64,000 nucleotides of DNA, from assembly GCA_964016885.1 (NCBI GenBank), contig OZ024741.1, positions 5,146,001 to 5,210,000 of the forward strand. The letters run 5' to 3'. The position numbers and the translations under genes are program-made. The first letter of the stretch is position 1. Each line of letters opens with the position of its first letter. Origin of the DNA: Eledone cirrhosa (lineage: Eukaryota). Below, piece by piece: positions 1-11,160 of this stretch. The notes beneath the pieces were generated by a model. It was not told the origin of the DNA, searched no databases, and saw only the letters and a program-made list of their open reading frames with translations.

Positions 1-654
1 ATGTTAATGGCTGCGCAGGAGCAGGCCCTCAAAACGAAGTGGTTGAAACACCATATTTACAAGGAGGAGACTAGCCCACTGTGCAGGATCTGTGGAGAGA
101 GAGAGGAGACTGTGGCTCACATTGTATCCGAGTGTAAACACCTAGCCCAGACTCACTATAAGGGCTGGAGACATGATGTGATGGGCAGGGTGATCCACTG
201 GCACCTATGCAAAGTAAACAATTTACCACATTCTGAGAAGTGGTATGAGCATAAGCCAGAGTCGGTGATAGAAAACGATCAGGCGAAGGTGCTGTGGGAT
301 TTTAGGATACAGACGGACAAGAAACTGGAACACAATAGACCTGACCTGGTGGTTGTGGACAAAGAAAAAAGATCGTGTCTGATTGTGGATGTGGCCTGCC
401 CATTCGACACGAGAGTGCAAGAGAAGGAGAGGGAGAAATTTAACCGATACCAGGACTTAAAGTGGGAGGTAAAAAGGATTTGGAACTGCCATGAAGTCAA
501 AGTGGTCCCGATTGTCATAGGCGCACTAGGTACTATCTCAAAAAGCTTCCAGGGATGGTCAAAGAAAATTGGCCCCTTCACGCTTTTTGGAACGCTTCAA
601 AAGGCATGCTTGTTGGGAACAGCAAGAACCCTCCGATACGTCCTGAATATCTGA
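1..654 (+). CDS. C-terminal part of a non-LTR retrotransposon ORF, R4/Dong (RLE) type: CCHC zinc knuckle plus restriction-like endonuclease; 5' end lies outside the window
   Basis: Translation has CRICGEREETVAHIVSEC (CCHC knuckle), RHD, the PD-(D/E)xK-type NRPDLVVVDKEKRSCLIVDVACP, KFNRYQDL and VVPIVIGALG. These motifs, in this order, are typical of RLE-type elements. The frame is open to TGA at 652-654. Confidence 0.9.
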   Translation: MLMAAQEQALKTKWLKHHIYKEETSPLCRICGEREETVAHIVSECKHLAQTHYKGWRHDVMGRVIHWHLCKVNNLPHSEKWYEHKPESVIENDQAKVLWDFRIQTDKKLEHNRPDLVVVDKEKRSCLIVDVACPFDTRVQEKEREKFNRYQDLKWEVKRIWNCHEVKVVPIVIGALGTISKSFQGWSKKIGPFTLFGTLQKACLLGTARTLRYVLNI

Positions 655-725
655 GGCTGCAGGTAGTGGCTTGATATTCATTTCAACAAACTTTCCAGTT
701 AACTAACATCAATGACAGACTCAAA

Positions 726-726
<1 letters not shown>

Positions 727-756
<30 letters not shown>
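727..756. repeat. (AAT)10 microsatellite, left flank of the Tx1-like element
   Basis: Read directly from the sequence. Confidence 0.97.
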
Positions 757-758
<2 letters not shown>

Positions 759-762
759 TTTC

Positions 763-768
763 TTTATT
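763..768 (-). promoter_or_regulatory. AATAAA polyadenylation signal at the 3' end of the Tx1-like element
   Basis: Minus strand reads GGTT-AATAAA-GAAATC-(ATT)n. Confidence 0.6.
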
Positions 769-1006
769 AACCACAAGGGTTTACATAAAGTAGACATTAA
801 GGACAGTGCAGGACAATACAGGACGAGGCAAATGGGCATTTATGCGTGTAAAAAACAAAAACAGAGGATGTAACAAAAAATAACAATGAAAAATTCCCCA
901 ATAGGGGGGAGACTTCGGAGGGACATTTGTGGAGAAAGCCCAGTAAAAGGCCACAATGACCCTGACCACCAAGGCAAGTGCCCTCTCCCAGTTTTCCACC
1001 TTTAAT

Positions 1007-4000
1007 TTACAGATATATACTCAGAGTAGGCCCATTCACTCGGGCCATTCTTGCTTCTCTCACCCATCTTTCAACAAAATGCTGGGAAGAGAGCACTTCC
1101 CTCTCTACTCTGATTTTCCTTTTCAAATGAAATTTGAAAAAATCAATCAGAGCATCACCGAAGAGGTAAGTGCTCGTCTTCAGCCCTTTCAAACGTGTCC
1201 ACCATACTATCTCTTTCGCCATGGCCACCAGACAGATAAAAACTGCCTGCCCTTCCCGGCTAAAGGAGGAGGGCGGGGCAATCCTCACGATGGACTCAGA
1301 TGATAGCCGGATCCGTCCTAAACGCGACAGCAGGTGTTCGACATAAACCCACAAGTCAGCAATTTTCGGACACTGGACGAATGCGTGCAGGACGGTTTCG
1401 TCGCCCTGCGCGCATCTCGGACAAGCCCGGCTGACGGCACCTCCATGCCTGTAGAGTTTATCCCGAACTGACAAGGCTCCTCGGTAGCACTGCCAGGCCA
1501 GAGATTTCTGGAAGTTGTCCATAGGCCCTGGCCCGAAAGTTCTTCCGAAGAGATTGGCTAGTTGATTTTCGTCGACGCCTAGAGTTTCCCCAAGTACGTC
1601 GTCGCTCTTCCCCTCCACTAATCCTCTATAGAACGCCGAGGTGGAGTTTCCACCGATCACATTGCCCGATTGGTCGAGGGCTGTGAGCGCCTGAAGACAT
1701 TCCAGTCTCCAGGCGCTCCCTCTCGGTCTTCGCTTGACCCAGGACTGCAGCTCCGTCAAGGAAACGAGCTGGGGAAATACGTGTCTAGCAAACGGCGACC
1801 ACACCTGATCACCGTCGAGGAAGAGGTGGAGATGTCGTAGCCTGAGCGCGTGCCTGCGCATCATCAGCCACGGCATGCCCAGCCCTCCACGTAGCGGGTG
1901 TTGACAACAGATGGACCGCCTGACCATCGGAGCGCGTCCCTTCCACAAAAAGCGAAAGAGCAAACGCTCCAGCGCAGTCAGGCGAGGCTTAGGACAAGGT
2001 ACGACGGTCAGGCGGTAGCAGATGACAGACGCGATGTACGTGTTAGCCACCTCCGCTCGACCTTTCAGGGATAGCTTCCTCTCCGCCCATTTCTGGGTGA
2101 GAGAAGCCACCCTGCTCGTCACCTCGTCCCAGTTTTTGTCCGTCTGGAGGTCCGGACCGAACCAGACCCCTAGCAATTTAACCGGTCCGTCCGTCCAGCG
2201 TCCGACGACGCTGTTGGACGGCATGGACCTGCCTCTCCAGGTGCCGAGCTGCAGGCCCACTGACTTTTCCTGGTTGATCATTGCTCCTGTCACCGCTTCG
2301 TATTCTCTTAGTGTAGTGCCGATCGCCTCGATGTGTTTGGCGTTCGACACCACTACGGTGACATCGTCCGCATATGCTGACACGGATCTTCCGCATCCTA
2401 GTTCGCGCGGGACGCCCCTCAACGTCTCCAGTTTGTGCAGTAATGGCTCGAGAGTCAATACGTACAAGAGGGACGAGAGGGGACATCCTTGGCGGACCGA
2501 GCGCATGATGTTGAACGGTTCCGACAGGTGACCATTCACTCTCACCACAGAGCAAATGTCGCTGTGCATGGCAGCGATCCAGCCTCTGAAAACCCGCCCA
2601 AAGCCAGCCGCCCTCAGGACTGCCGCTAGGTAACGATGGTCGACCCTATCGAAAGCTTTCGACTGATCTAAATTGATCAAGGACTCACCCGTGCCAGGTT
2701 CCCTAGCTACCCTCTCTACAATGTATCGCATGAGGTGGAGGTTGTCGTGGATGGATCTGTCGGGAATGGCGCATGTCTGCGCCTCTCCCACCAGACCACC
2801 AACGACAAGCGCCAACCTCTTTGCTAGCACCTTGGGCAAAATCTTGAACTCTGTGTTTAGCAGAGTTATGGGCCGGAAATTATTTATGTTATCCCACTTG
2901 TTCGGATCCTTTCTCAGCAGTGCCACCGCTCCTCGGCTCACAGAACTGGGAATTCTCCCGTTCTGTTGCCAGTTGCAGTAGACGTCCGCTAAGAGGCCTC
3001 CGAACAAGTCTGGCATCTGTACGTAAAGTTCATAGGGCAGACCATCCAAACCAGGCGATTTACCCCTTGTGCAGCCAGTCATTGCCTCCCTTACTTCAGC
3101 GGCTGTTATCGTCTTTTCGCAACACTTCGCCTCAGTGGCCGAGAGCCGCGGCAGTCCGTCGAGGTAGACACTAAAGTCCATCCTTCGACCCGGCCCACCG
3201 CTGCCCCCGAACAGCTGAGCGAAGTGTCGCTGAAAACCTTCACACATTTGCTCGGGATCGAGTAGTATGCGCCCGTCGTGGTCCACCAAAGACCGGTTCG
3301 TGGCTTTGTTGCCATGACGCGCCTCCGCCACTCGGGCCCATTGAACGGCTTTCGTCCCCTCGTGTCTGAGAGCACGCACCATTGTTCTGACAACGCAACC
3401 TTCGTGCTTTGCTTTGAAGAATTGGTCAAGGGCCAATTTCGCCGCAAGCACGTCGGTCGCAATGCCTCGTCTAATTTTCTAACTAGTTCTCCCTCTGCTC
3501 TATTTTTCTCTATTGCTAAAGCCTTACTAAACCTAATGGATTCTATTCTAATCGCTCTTTTCAGAGCAAACCACCACTTGTTGTTGACGATGGCCCCCGT
3601 CAACGCCCGCTTAACTAGTTCGCTAATCCGGTCTCTGTAGGCCTTGCGCGCTGGTAAGGACGCGTTTAGCTTCCAGTAGCCGGGTCCTCGTCTATGAAGC
3701 CTATCTAAGTCAAGCACACAGATCACGAATTTGTGGTCCGTGTAGCTGACTATCTTGAATTGTGGACAGCCTATGCTAGACCTATCTATTTCCCTACAAA
3801 ATACTCTATCTAGATATGATCTGGATGAGCCTATGCGATTTGTCCAAAGCCACATTGGCACATTCGGGAAATCCAATCGGTACCTGTCAGAAAGTTCAAA
3901 ACGCCTGAGCAGGTTGGTGAGGCTCTTGCACCCTCCACCCCCATCCGCTAATCCCACACAGTCCCAGCGTGCATCTAAGATCCCGTTCCAGTCGCCCACT

Positions 4001-4413
4001 AACACTAAAGAGCGGGACGTTCCAAGAAAGGTCTCCAGACGCCGGAAGAAATCAGGCCACCCTGCTCCTGTCGGGGCATAGACGGCCACTAGCCTGAAAG
4101 CTTGCCCGTCTCCGCTGGTCACGTCCAGCACCACCAGCTTACCCTCTGGGTCCAGGAAGATGGCCCGTATGGCGAGATCCAAACCTCTCCGAAAAAGCAC
4201 AGCAACTCCTCCCCCCGATCCAGGACGGCTGGGAGATGCGTACACATCGTAGCCGCCGAAGATCGGTGCGAAGGCCCGTGCTTCGGAGATTCTGGTCTCG
4301 CTGATGGCCACTACATCTATGTTTAGTGACCTGAGGTCGTTGAGCAGGTGACCCTGCTTCCATGACGACTCCAAGCCACGCGCATTTATGCTGCCTATTC
4401 TGAGTGAAGTCAT
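1007..4413 (-). pseudogene. ORF2 (APE endonuclease, reverse transcriptase, C-terminal CCHC), frameshifted near 3455-3460
   Basis: ORF 3106..4413 has APE motifs NARGL, ISET, VYAP, GDWN, YLDR, TDH and the GPGYWKLN linker. ORF 1007..3451 has KSPGLDG, FRPITLLN, LDQSKAFDRV, VRQGCPLS, YADD and CPRCAQGDETVLHAFVQC. The frames switch at KLDEALR / DVLAAKLAL. Confidence 0.9.
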
Positions 4414-4448
4414 GTTTAAAATAGAGTGGAAAAGATGGGAAAGACCAC

Positions 4449-6553
4449 TTACCGTACTTTTCGTAGAGGAGGGATGGTTTTTACATCCCTTTTCACTTGA
4501 TCGTCTGTTGAAGGGACCGTTGAATCGTCCCTTCGGCTGGTCGTCGGCTCTTCTATGAGTATGTCTGAATATACTCTTCGATTGATAGTTCCTCCTAGGT
4601 CCCTGAAATCACCAACTGCGTTGGGGAATTTCGTTTTAATGTTTGTGTATTGTTTCTGTGCTATTTTTAGCAGTCTTATGTTAGTTGGCGTTTTGATTGG
4701 TGCTGGTATTATGTAGTCGTGTTGTGAAATGTCTGTGTGTTCAATTATGTAAGTCATTAGTTTCTTGTTGTGTGTATTTATTGCCGTGCATTTGTTTTTC
4801 TGGGGGTGGGGTGTGGTTCTGCTATTTTCTTGTCGTTGTTGCTGGGTGTGTGTGTTTTGTTGTTGTGTTTGCGACGTTGGTGCTTGTGGTGGTGGTGTTT
4901 GAGGTGTTGTTGGCGGTGGGGTTTTCGCCGGTGGTGATGGTGGTGCTAGTGTGGGTGGTGATGGTGTTGGTGGTGTTGCAGCTGTGAGTCTCTTTGCAGT
5001 AGACTTTACCCTTTTCTCATTTCTTTCCTCCCTTTTCAAAGGCGACGATGCGCTGCTTCTGCGTTTGTGCCTTCTTACGACCTTTTGCCATCCCTCTCCC
5101 ACCTCACACTCCATGTTTGATTCTGTGAGGTCGGGGAGGGGTACCAGCTCCACTCTTTCACTTGTTGTTGTTGGTGATGTTTGCACTGGAGTCTCTGTTG
5201 CAGCTGCATTTGGTATTGCTGTTGTTGTTGTTGTTAATATTTCCACTGCTGCTGCTGTTTTTGATTTCCGTGGCGTGGGTATGGGTGCCACGGACCTATC
5301 GTTCCTGGTTGGCTCTTGTCCTGTTGCTGGTAGCCGTGGAGCAGGTTTCGGAAGGAGGGTGGTTTTCTCCTTTCTCAGGGTCTTCTCGTTGCAGAAGGCC
5401 CTGAGGTGAGTCTTCGATCCACAGCGAAAGCATTTCGGGCGTTTGCCCTCAACACTTATGGGCAGTTGAGTGCCGTTATCGAAGTCTATCACATCCGGGA
5501 TAGCTTCGATGCACTCCTGGTTGGTTTGGATTAACATCTCAATGGAGGTGCCGACCCAATCTTCTCTTACTTTTTTCTGTACTTGCAGTACAGTTGTTTT
5601 GTCCTCGATTCCGACGAGGACAGACGCGGCCAGCCAAGAAGGGGCCATCCCGGGGGGGACGTGGGTCAGTTTGACCCTCACAATTTTTTGCCCGCAGTAG
5701 GAGGGCACCAACACCATTTCCTCGCTCCTTAGGGTCACTACGGATTGAGCCTTTGCCTCCTGGGTGTGGCAAAAAGTACGTCTACGGTGGCATATTTTTT
5801 GCCTCGGGTGATGTGCGTTTTCCGCTGCCACACAGACCCCAAGGCTTTTTGTATTTGAGCCTCTGTGGCTCTTTCAACCCTACGGGATTTTGTACTTACT
5901 GTACGGTACGTGACCGTACAGTGCTGTTGGGTTTCGAAAAATGTTTCCGCTGCCTTGCAGATTGCTCGGTGTCCAGTCTTTGTCACCATCTTCTTCGCTT
6001 CCTCTAATTCCTCATTTGTTATGAGGATTGTTTCCAGGTTCTTCGCAATACCTGCAAACGAGATTGGTTTTTCTTTGCTGCTGTTGTTGTTGTTGTCGTC
6101 AGAGCTGCTGTTACTTTTGTTGTTGCTGCAGGTACTACGACTACTGCCTCCGCCGCTGTTGCTGTGGTTGTTGTTGGTGTTGCTGCTGCTAATGCTGTTG
6201 TTGTTTATGCTGCTGGTGATGCTGTTGCGGCTACTACTGTTGTTTTCATTGTCACTGTTGCTGTTGTTGTTACGGCTGCTACTGCTATTATTCCTGAAGT
6301 CAGACGAATGAAATGGGTTTTCGTATTTCCCGCACACCTGTTTCGTCGTTGTCGTCGTCGTCGTGGAGAAATCTTGCACGCTTTGCACGAGACTTTTCTT
6401 TTCTGTCGTCGCTTGCGAAAGAGAAGGGAGGGAGAGAGACACATTTAAAGAAGGGATGGAGAGAGACAATCTTCTCTCTGCTGTAGTGATGATTGAGGAA
6501 GAAGAAGACGGAATGAGTGGGAGTGACCTATGAAAATTCTTTTTCGTAGCCAT
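4449..6553 (-). pseudogene. ORF1 (gag-like nucleic-acid-binding protein with CX2CX4HX4C knuckle), frameshifted near 5761
   Basis: ATG at 6553 (MATKKNF). The two ORF-track pieces join as VDVLFATP / EAKAQSV, consistent with a 1-nt deletion. CFRCGSKTHLRAFC knuckle, Asn/Ser- and Thr/Pro/Gln-rich tracts. Ends 35 bp before ORF2. Confidence 0.8.
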
Positions 6554-6771
6554 GTTGTTTTTTTTTTGTTTAAAATAAATATTGGGCACAAAACCCCAAT
6601 AAGCAGTTATTTAACCCCGAAGGGTCAATTAACGGGCAGAAAGACCCCTCTGACGGGGAGGAGGGTGTCTTTGTCTACAAGTTCGTTAAAGTTTTAAACA
6701 ATTTACAATTGTTATAGCGTTCAAAATTTACAATACCTTACAGAGCCGAGCCTCCGTCAACCATAGCATTC

Positions 6772-6792
6772 AATAATAATAATAATAATAAT
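6772..6792. repeat. (AAT)7 microsatellite, right flank of the Tx1-like element and outer end of foldback 1
   Basis: Read directly from the sequence. Confidence 0.97.
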
Positions 6793-6796
6793 GTCC

Positions 6797-6915
6797 GTTT
6801 ACAATTGTTTCGCTACTCCATATAATATTTCTGGATCAAATGACTATATATCATTATTGATCTGGTTCAGTTGAAAATAATTAACATATTTAAAGACAGA
6901 GCGGCTCATCGGAAC
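6797..6915 (-). ncRNA. Second, inverted copy of the same hammerhead motif
   Basis: Minus strand reads GTT-CCGATGA-GCCGCTCT...GGAGTAGC-GAAA-CAATTG-TA-AAC. This copy keeps the G-C pair closing helix II. Confidence 0.6.
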
Positions 6916-7139
6916 TTCAAAGGAATATAAATTAAAATAAGGAAAGAATGTTACATAATGCAGTGTTCCATATATTGGTATTTCACTATGGTGTCCTGGG
7001 TGTATCAATTGTCTGCCATAATCAAGCAGTATTCATCTGTCGAGGCTGCATTGTGTGAAATCTGTCTATTGAAATACCAATATATCGAATATTACATTAT
7101 GTAACATTCTTTCCTTATTTTAATTTATATTCCTTTGAA

Positions 7140-7258
7140 GTTCCGATGAACCGCTCTGTCTTTAAATATGTTAATTATTTTCAACTGAACCAGATCAATA
7201 ATGATATATAGTCATTTGATCCAGAAATATTATATGGAGTAGCGAAACAATTGTAAAC
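7140..7258 (+). ncRNA. Minimal type-I hammerhead ribozyme motif, variant core CCGAUGA, enlarged helix II
   Basis: GTT-CCGATGA(7143-7149)-ACCGCTCT...GGAGTAGC-GAAA(7244-7247)-CAATTG-TA-AAC. Helix III is palindromic, the cleavage triplet is GUA, and helix I is only 3 bp. Confidence 0.55.
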
Positions 7259-7386
7259 GGACATTATTATTATTAATATTATTATTATTATTCTCTACAT
7301 TCCTTACATCAAACTAAAATATGTTGACAATCTTTTAATAATGTCTTCCTTGTGAAATTTGTGGTCTTGTTTTGCTTAACTAATGA

Positions 7387-7440
7387 ATATATATATCTAT
7401 ATCTATATCTATATCTATATGTGTGTCTGTGTGTGTGTAT
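7387..7440. repeat. Compound (TA)/(ATATCT)/(GT) microsatellite
   Basis: Read directly from the sequence. Confidence 0.85.
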
Positions 7441-7860
7441 TTCAAGTTGTATATAGCTATGGTATGACCACACTTAGAATTTGCATCACCGATCTGCTCA
7501 GAATATTGAACTCCTGGAAACTGTTCAGAAACATGTAACCAAGCGAATACCTTCCATCAGGCATCTAACATACTCTGAATGGCTTGCTTCTCTGGGCATG
7601 GATACATTGAAGCTCCGACGTCTGGCAACTGACTTGGTAGACAACCACAACATTATTAATCATCTTGCCAACAACAACCCAGATCACCTTTTTGAATTCC
7701 ATGTGTCTAACACACGTGGGCATACCCACAATGTCAGAAAACAGCGCAGCTCCCATGACATTTAGAAACATTTTTTCACACTCAGAGTTTCTGAAGCATG
7801 GAACAAACTCCCTGCATCAATTGTTAGCTATCGAGACACTGCATCCTTTAAAACCTCCAT
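7441..7860 (+). mobile_element. Decayed, 5'-truncated CR1-group LINE ORF2 C-terminal fragment
   Basis: Translates across frameshifts as FKLYIAMV*PHLEFASP...LLETVQKHVTKRIPSIRHLTYSEWLASLGMDTLKLRRLATDL...NTRGH...KHFFTLRVSEAWNKLPASIVS..DTASFKTSM. This matches the CR1/L2-group C-terminal pattern (LY..LVRPHLEY, LE.VQ, RR...DL, TRGH, FF..RV...WN.LP). Confidence 0.85.
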
Positions 7861-10800
7861 GGAACAAACTACATGCATCAGTTGTTAGCTGTCGAGACAC
7901 TGCATCATTTAAAACCTCCATGGAACAAACTCCCTGCATCAGTTGTTAGCTATCGAGACACTGCATCCTTTAAAACTGCCATGGAACAAACTATCTGCAT
8001 CAGTTGTTAGCTGTCGAGACACTGCATCCTTTAAAACCTCCATGGAACAAACTACATGCATCAGTTGTTAGCTGTTCAGACACTGCATCCTTTAAAACCT
8101 CCATGGAACAAACTACCTGCATCAGTTATTAGCTGTCGAGACACTGCATCCTTTAAAACCTCCATGGAACAAATTACCTGCATCAGTTGTTAGCTGTCGA
8201 GACGCTGCATCATTTAAAACCTCCATGGAACAAACTACCTGCATCAGTTGTTAGCTGTCGAGACACTGCATCCTTTAAAACCTCCATGGAACAAATTACC
8301 TGCATCAGTTGTTAGCTGTCGAGACACTGCATCCTTTAAAACCTCCATGGAACAAACTACCTTCATCAGTTGTTAGCTGCCGAGACACTGCATCCTTTAA
8401 AACCTCAATGGAACAAACTACCTTCTTCAGTTGTTAGCTGTCGAGACACTGCATCCTTTAAAACCTCCATGGAACAAACTACCTGCATCAGTTGTTAGCT
8501 GTCGAGACACTGCATCCTTTAAAACCTCCATGGAACAAATTACCAGCACCAGTTGTTAGCTGTCGAGACACTGGATCCTTTAAAACCTCCATAGAACAAA
8601 CTACCTTCATCAGTTGTAAGCTGTCGAGACACTGCATCCTTTAAAACCTCCATGGAACAAACTATCTGCATCAGTTGTTAGCTGTCGAGACACTGCATCC
8701 TTTAAAACCTCCATGGAACAAACTACCTTCATCAGTTGTTAGCTGTCGAGACACTGCATCCTTTAAAACCTCCATGGAACAAACTACCTTCATCAGTGGT
8801 TAGCTGTCGAGACACTGCATCCTTTAAAACCTCAATGGAACAAACTACATTCTTCAGTTGTTAGCTGTCGAGACACTGCATCCTTTAAAACCTCCATGGA
8901 ACAAACTACCTGCATCAGTTGTTAGCTGTCGAGACACTGCATCCTTTAAAACCTCCATGGAACAAACTACCAGCACCAGTTGTTAGCTGTCGAGACACTG
9001 GATCCTTTAAAACCTCCATGGAACAAACTACCTTCATCAGTTGTAAGCTGTCGAGACACTGCATCCTTTAAAACCTCCATGGAACAAACTATCTGCATCA
9101 GTTGTTAGCTGTCGAGACACTGCATCCTTTAAAACCTCCATGGAACAAACTACCTTCATCAGTTGTAAGCTGTCGGGACACTGCATCCTTTAAAACCTCC
9201 ATGGAACAAACTATCTGCATCAGTTGTTAGCTGTCGAGACACTGCATCCTTTAAAACCTCCATGGAACAAACTACCTTCATCAGTTGTTAGCTGTCGAGA
9301 CACTGCATCCTTTAAAACCTCCATGGAACAAACTACCTTCATCAGTTGTTAGCTGTCGAGACACTGGATCCTTTAAAACCTCCATGGAACAAACTACCTT
9401 CTTCAGTTGTTAGCTGTCGAGACACTGCATCCTTTAAAACCTCCATGGAACAAACTACCTGCATCAGTTGTTAGCTGTCGAGACACTGCATCCTTTAAAA
9501 CCTCCATGGAACAAACTACCTTCATCAGTTGTTAGCTGTCGAGACACTGCATCCTTTAAAACCTCCATGGAACAAACTACCTGCATCAGTTGTTAGCTGT
9601 CGAGACACTGCATCCTTAAAAACCTCCATGGAACAAACTACCTGTATCAGGTGTTAGCTGTCGAGACACTGCATCCTTTAAAACCTCCATGGAACAAACT
9701 ACCTTCTTCAGTTGTTAGCTGTCGAGACACTGCATCCTTTAAAACCTCCATGGAACAAACTACCTTCATCAGTTGTTAGCTGTCGAGACACTGGATCCTT
9801 TAAAACCTCCATGGAACAAACTACCTTCTTCAGTTGTTAGCTGTCGAGACACTGCATCCTTTAAAACCTCCATGGAACAAACTACCTGCATCAGTTGTTA
9901 GCTGTCGAGACACTGCATCCTTTAAAACCTCCATGGAACAAACTACCTGCATCAGTTGTTAGCTGTCGAGACACTGCATCCTTTAAAACCTCCATGGAAC
10001 AAACTACCTGCATCAGTTGTTAGCTGTCGAGACACTGCATCCTTAAAAACCTCCATGGAACAAACTACCTGCATCAGTTGTTAGCTGTCGAGACACTGCA
10101 TCCTTTAAAACCTCCATGGAACAAACTACCTTCATCAGTTGTTAGCTGTCGAGACACTGCATCCTTTAAAACCTCCATGGAACAAACTACCTTCATCAGT
10201 TGTTAGCTGTCGAGACACTGCATCCTTTAAAACCTCCATGGAACAAACTACCTGCATCAGTTGTTAGCTGTCGAGACACTGCATCCTTAAAAACCTCCAT
10301 GGAACAAACTACCTGTATCAGGTGTTAGCTGTCGAGACACTGCATCCTTTAAAACCTCCATGGAACAAACTACCTTCTTCAGTTGTTAGCTGTCGAGACA
10401 CTGCATCCTTTAAAACCTCCATGGAACAAACTACCTTCATCAGTTGTTAGCTGTCGAGACACTGGATCCTTTAAAACCTCCATGGAACAAACTACCTTCT
10501 TCAGTTGTTAGCTGTCGAGACACTGCATCCTTTAAAACCTCCATGGAACAAACTACCTGCATCAGTTGTTAGCTGTCGAGACACTGCATCCTTTAAAACC
10601 TCCATGGAACAAACTACCTGCATCAGTTGTTAGCTGTCGAGACACTGCATCCTTTAAAACCTCCATGGAACAAACTACCTGCATCAGTTGTTAGCTGTCG
10701 AGACACTGCATCCTTAAAAACCTCCATGGAACAAACTACCTGCATCAGTTGTTAGCTGTCGAGACACTGCATCCTTTAAAACCTCCATGGAACAAACTAC

Positions 10801-11154
10801 CTTCATCAGTTGTTAGCTGTCGAGACACTGCATCCTTTAAAACCTCCATGGAACAAACTACCTGCATCAGTTGTTAGCTGTCGAGACACTGCATCCTTAA
10901 AAACCTCCATGGAACAAACTACCTGTATCAGGTGTTAGCTGTCGAGACACTGCATCCTTTAAAACCTCCATGGAACAAACTACCTTCTTCAGTTGTTAGC
11001 TGTCGAGACACTGCATCCTTTAAAACCTCCATGGAACAAACTACCTTCATCAGTTGTTAGCTGTCGAGACACTGGATCCTTTAAAACCTCCATGGAACAA
11101 ACTACCCTCATCAGTTGTTAGCTGTCGGGACACTGCATCTTTAAAACCTCCATG
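7797..11154 (+). repeat. 61-bp tandem satellite, ~55 copies
   Basis: Consensus CATGGAACAAACTACCTGCATCAGTTGTTAGCTGTCGAGACACTGCATCCTTTAAAACCTC. The array begins and ends with CATG. Confidence 0.97.
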
Positions 11155-11160
11155 TTTCCT

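Larger units (their letters stand above)
1..756 (+). mobile_element. 3' end of R4/Dong-like retrotransposon with short 3' UTR and (AAT)10 tail/target
   Basis: RLE ORF, then a ~70-bp 3' UTR, then (AAT)10 at 727-756. Dong-type elements are known to target (TAA)n. Confidence 0.8.
757..6771 (-). mobile_element. Apparently full-length Tx1/L1-group LINE (~6.0 kb) with ORF1 and ORF2, each carrying one frameshift
   Basis: On the minus strand: 5' UTR, ORF1 with zinc knuckle, 35-bp spacer, ORF2 (APE, RT, C-terminal zinc finger), 3' UTR with AATAAA at 768-763. (ATT)n flanks both ends. Confidence 0.9.
6772..7292. mobile_element. Foldback 1: ~200-bp near-perfect inverted repeats around an ~85-bp spacer; probable Penelope-like terminal-repeat remnant
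   Basis: ~6781-6985 is the reverse complement of ~7070-7274 with few mismatches. It ends in (AAT)n/(ATT)n and each arm carries a hammerhead motif. Confidence 0.75.

Noticed and set aside
781-6448. Many short + strand and alternate-frame ORFs over the LINE (e.g. 2022..2531, 4951..5409, 5865..6311)
   Set aside because: Antisense or frame shadows of ORF1/ORF2 and of trinucleotide tracts; no domain features.
757-6771. Target-site duplication of defined length for the Tx1-like element
   Set aside because: Both flanks are pure AAT repeats, so TSD length cannot be determined.
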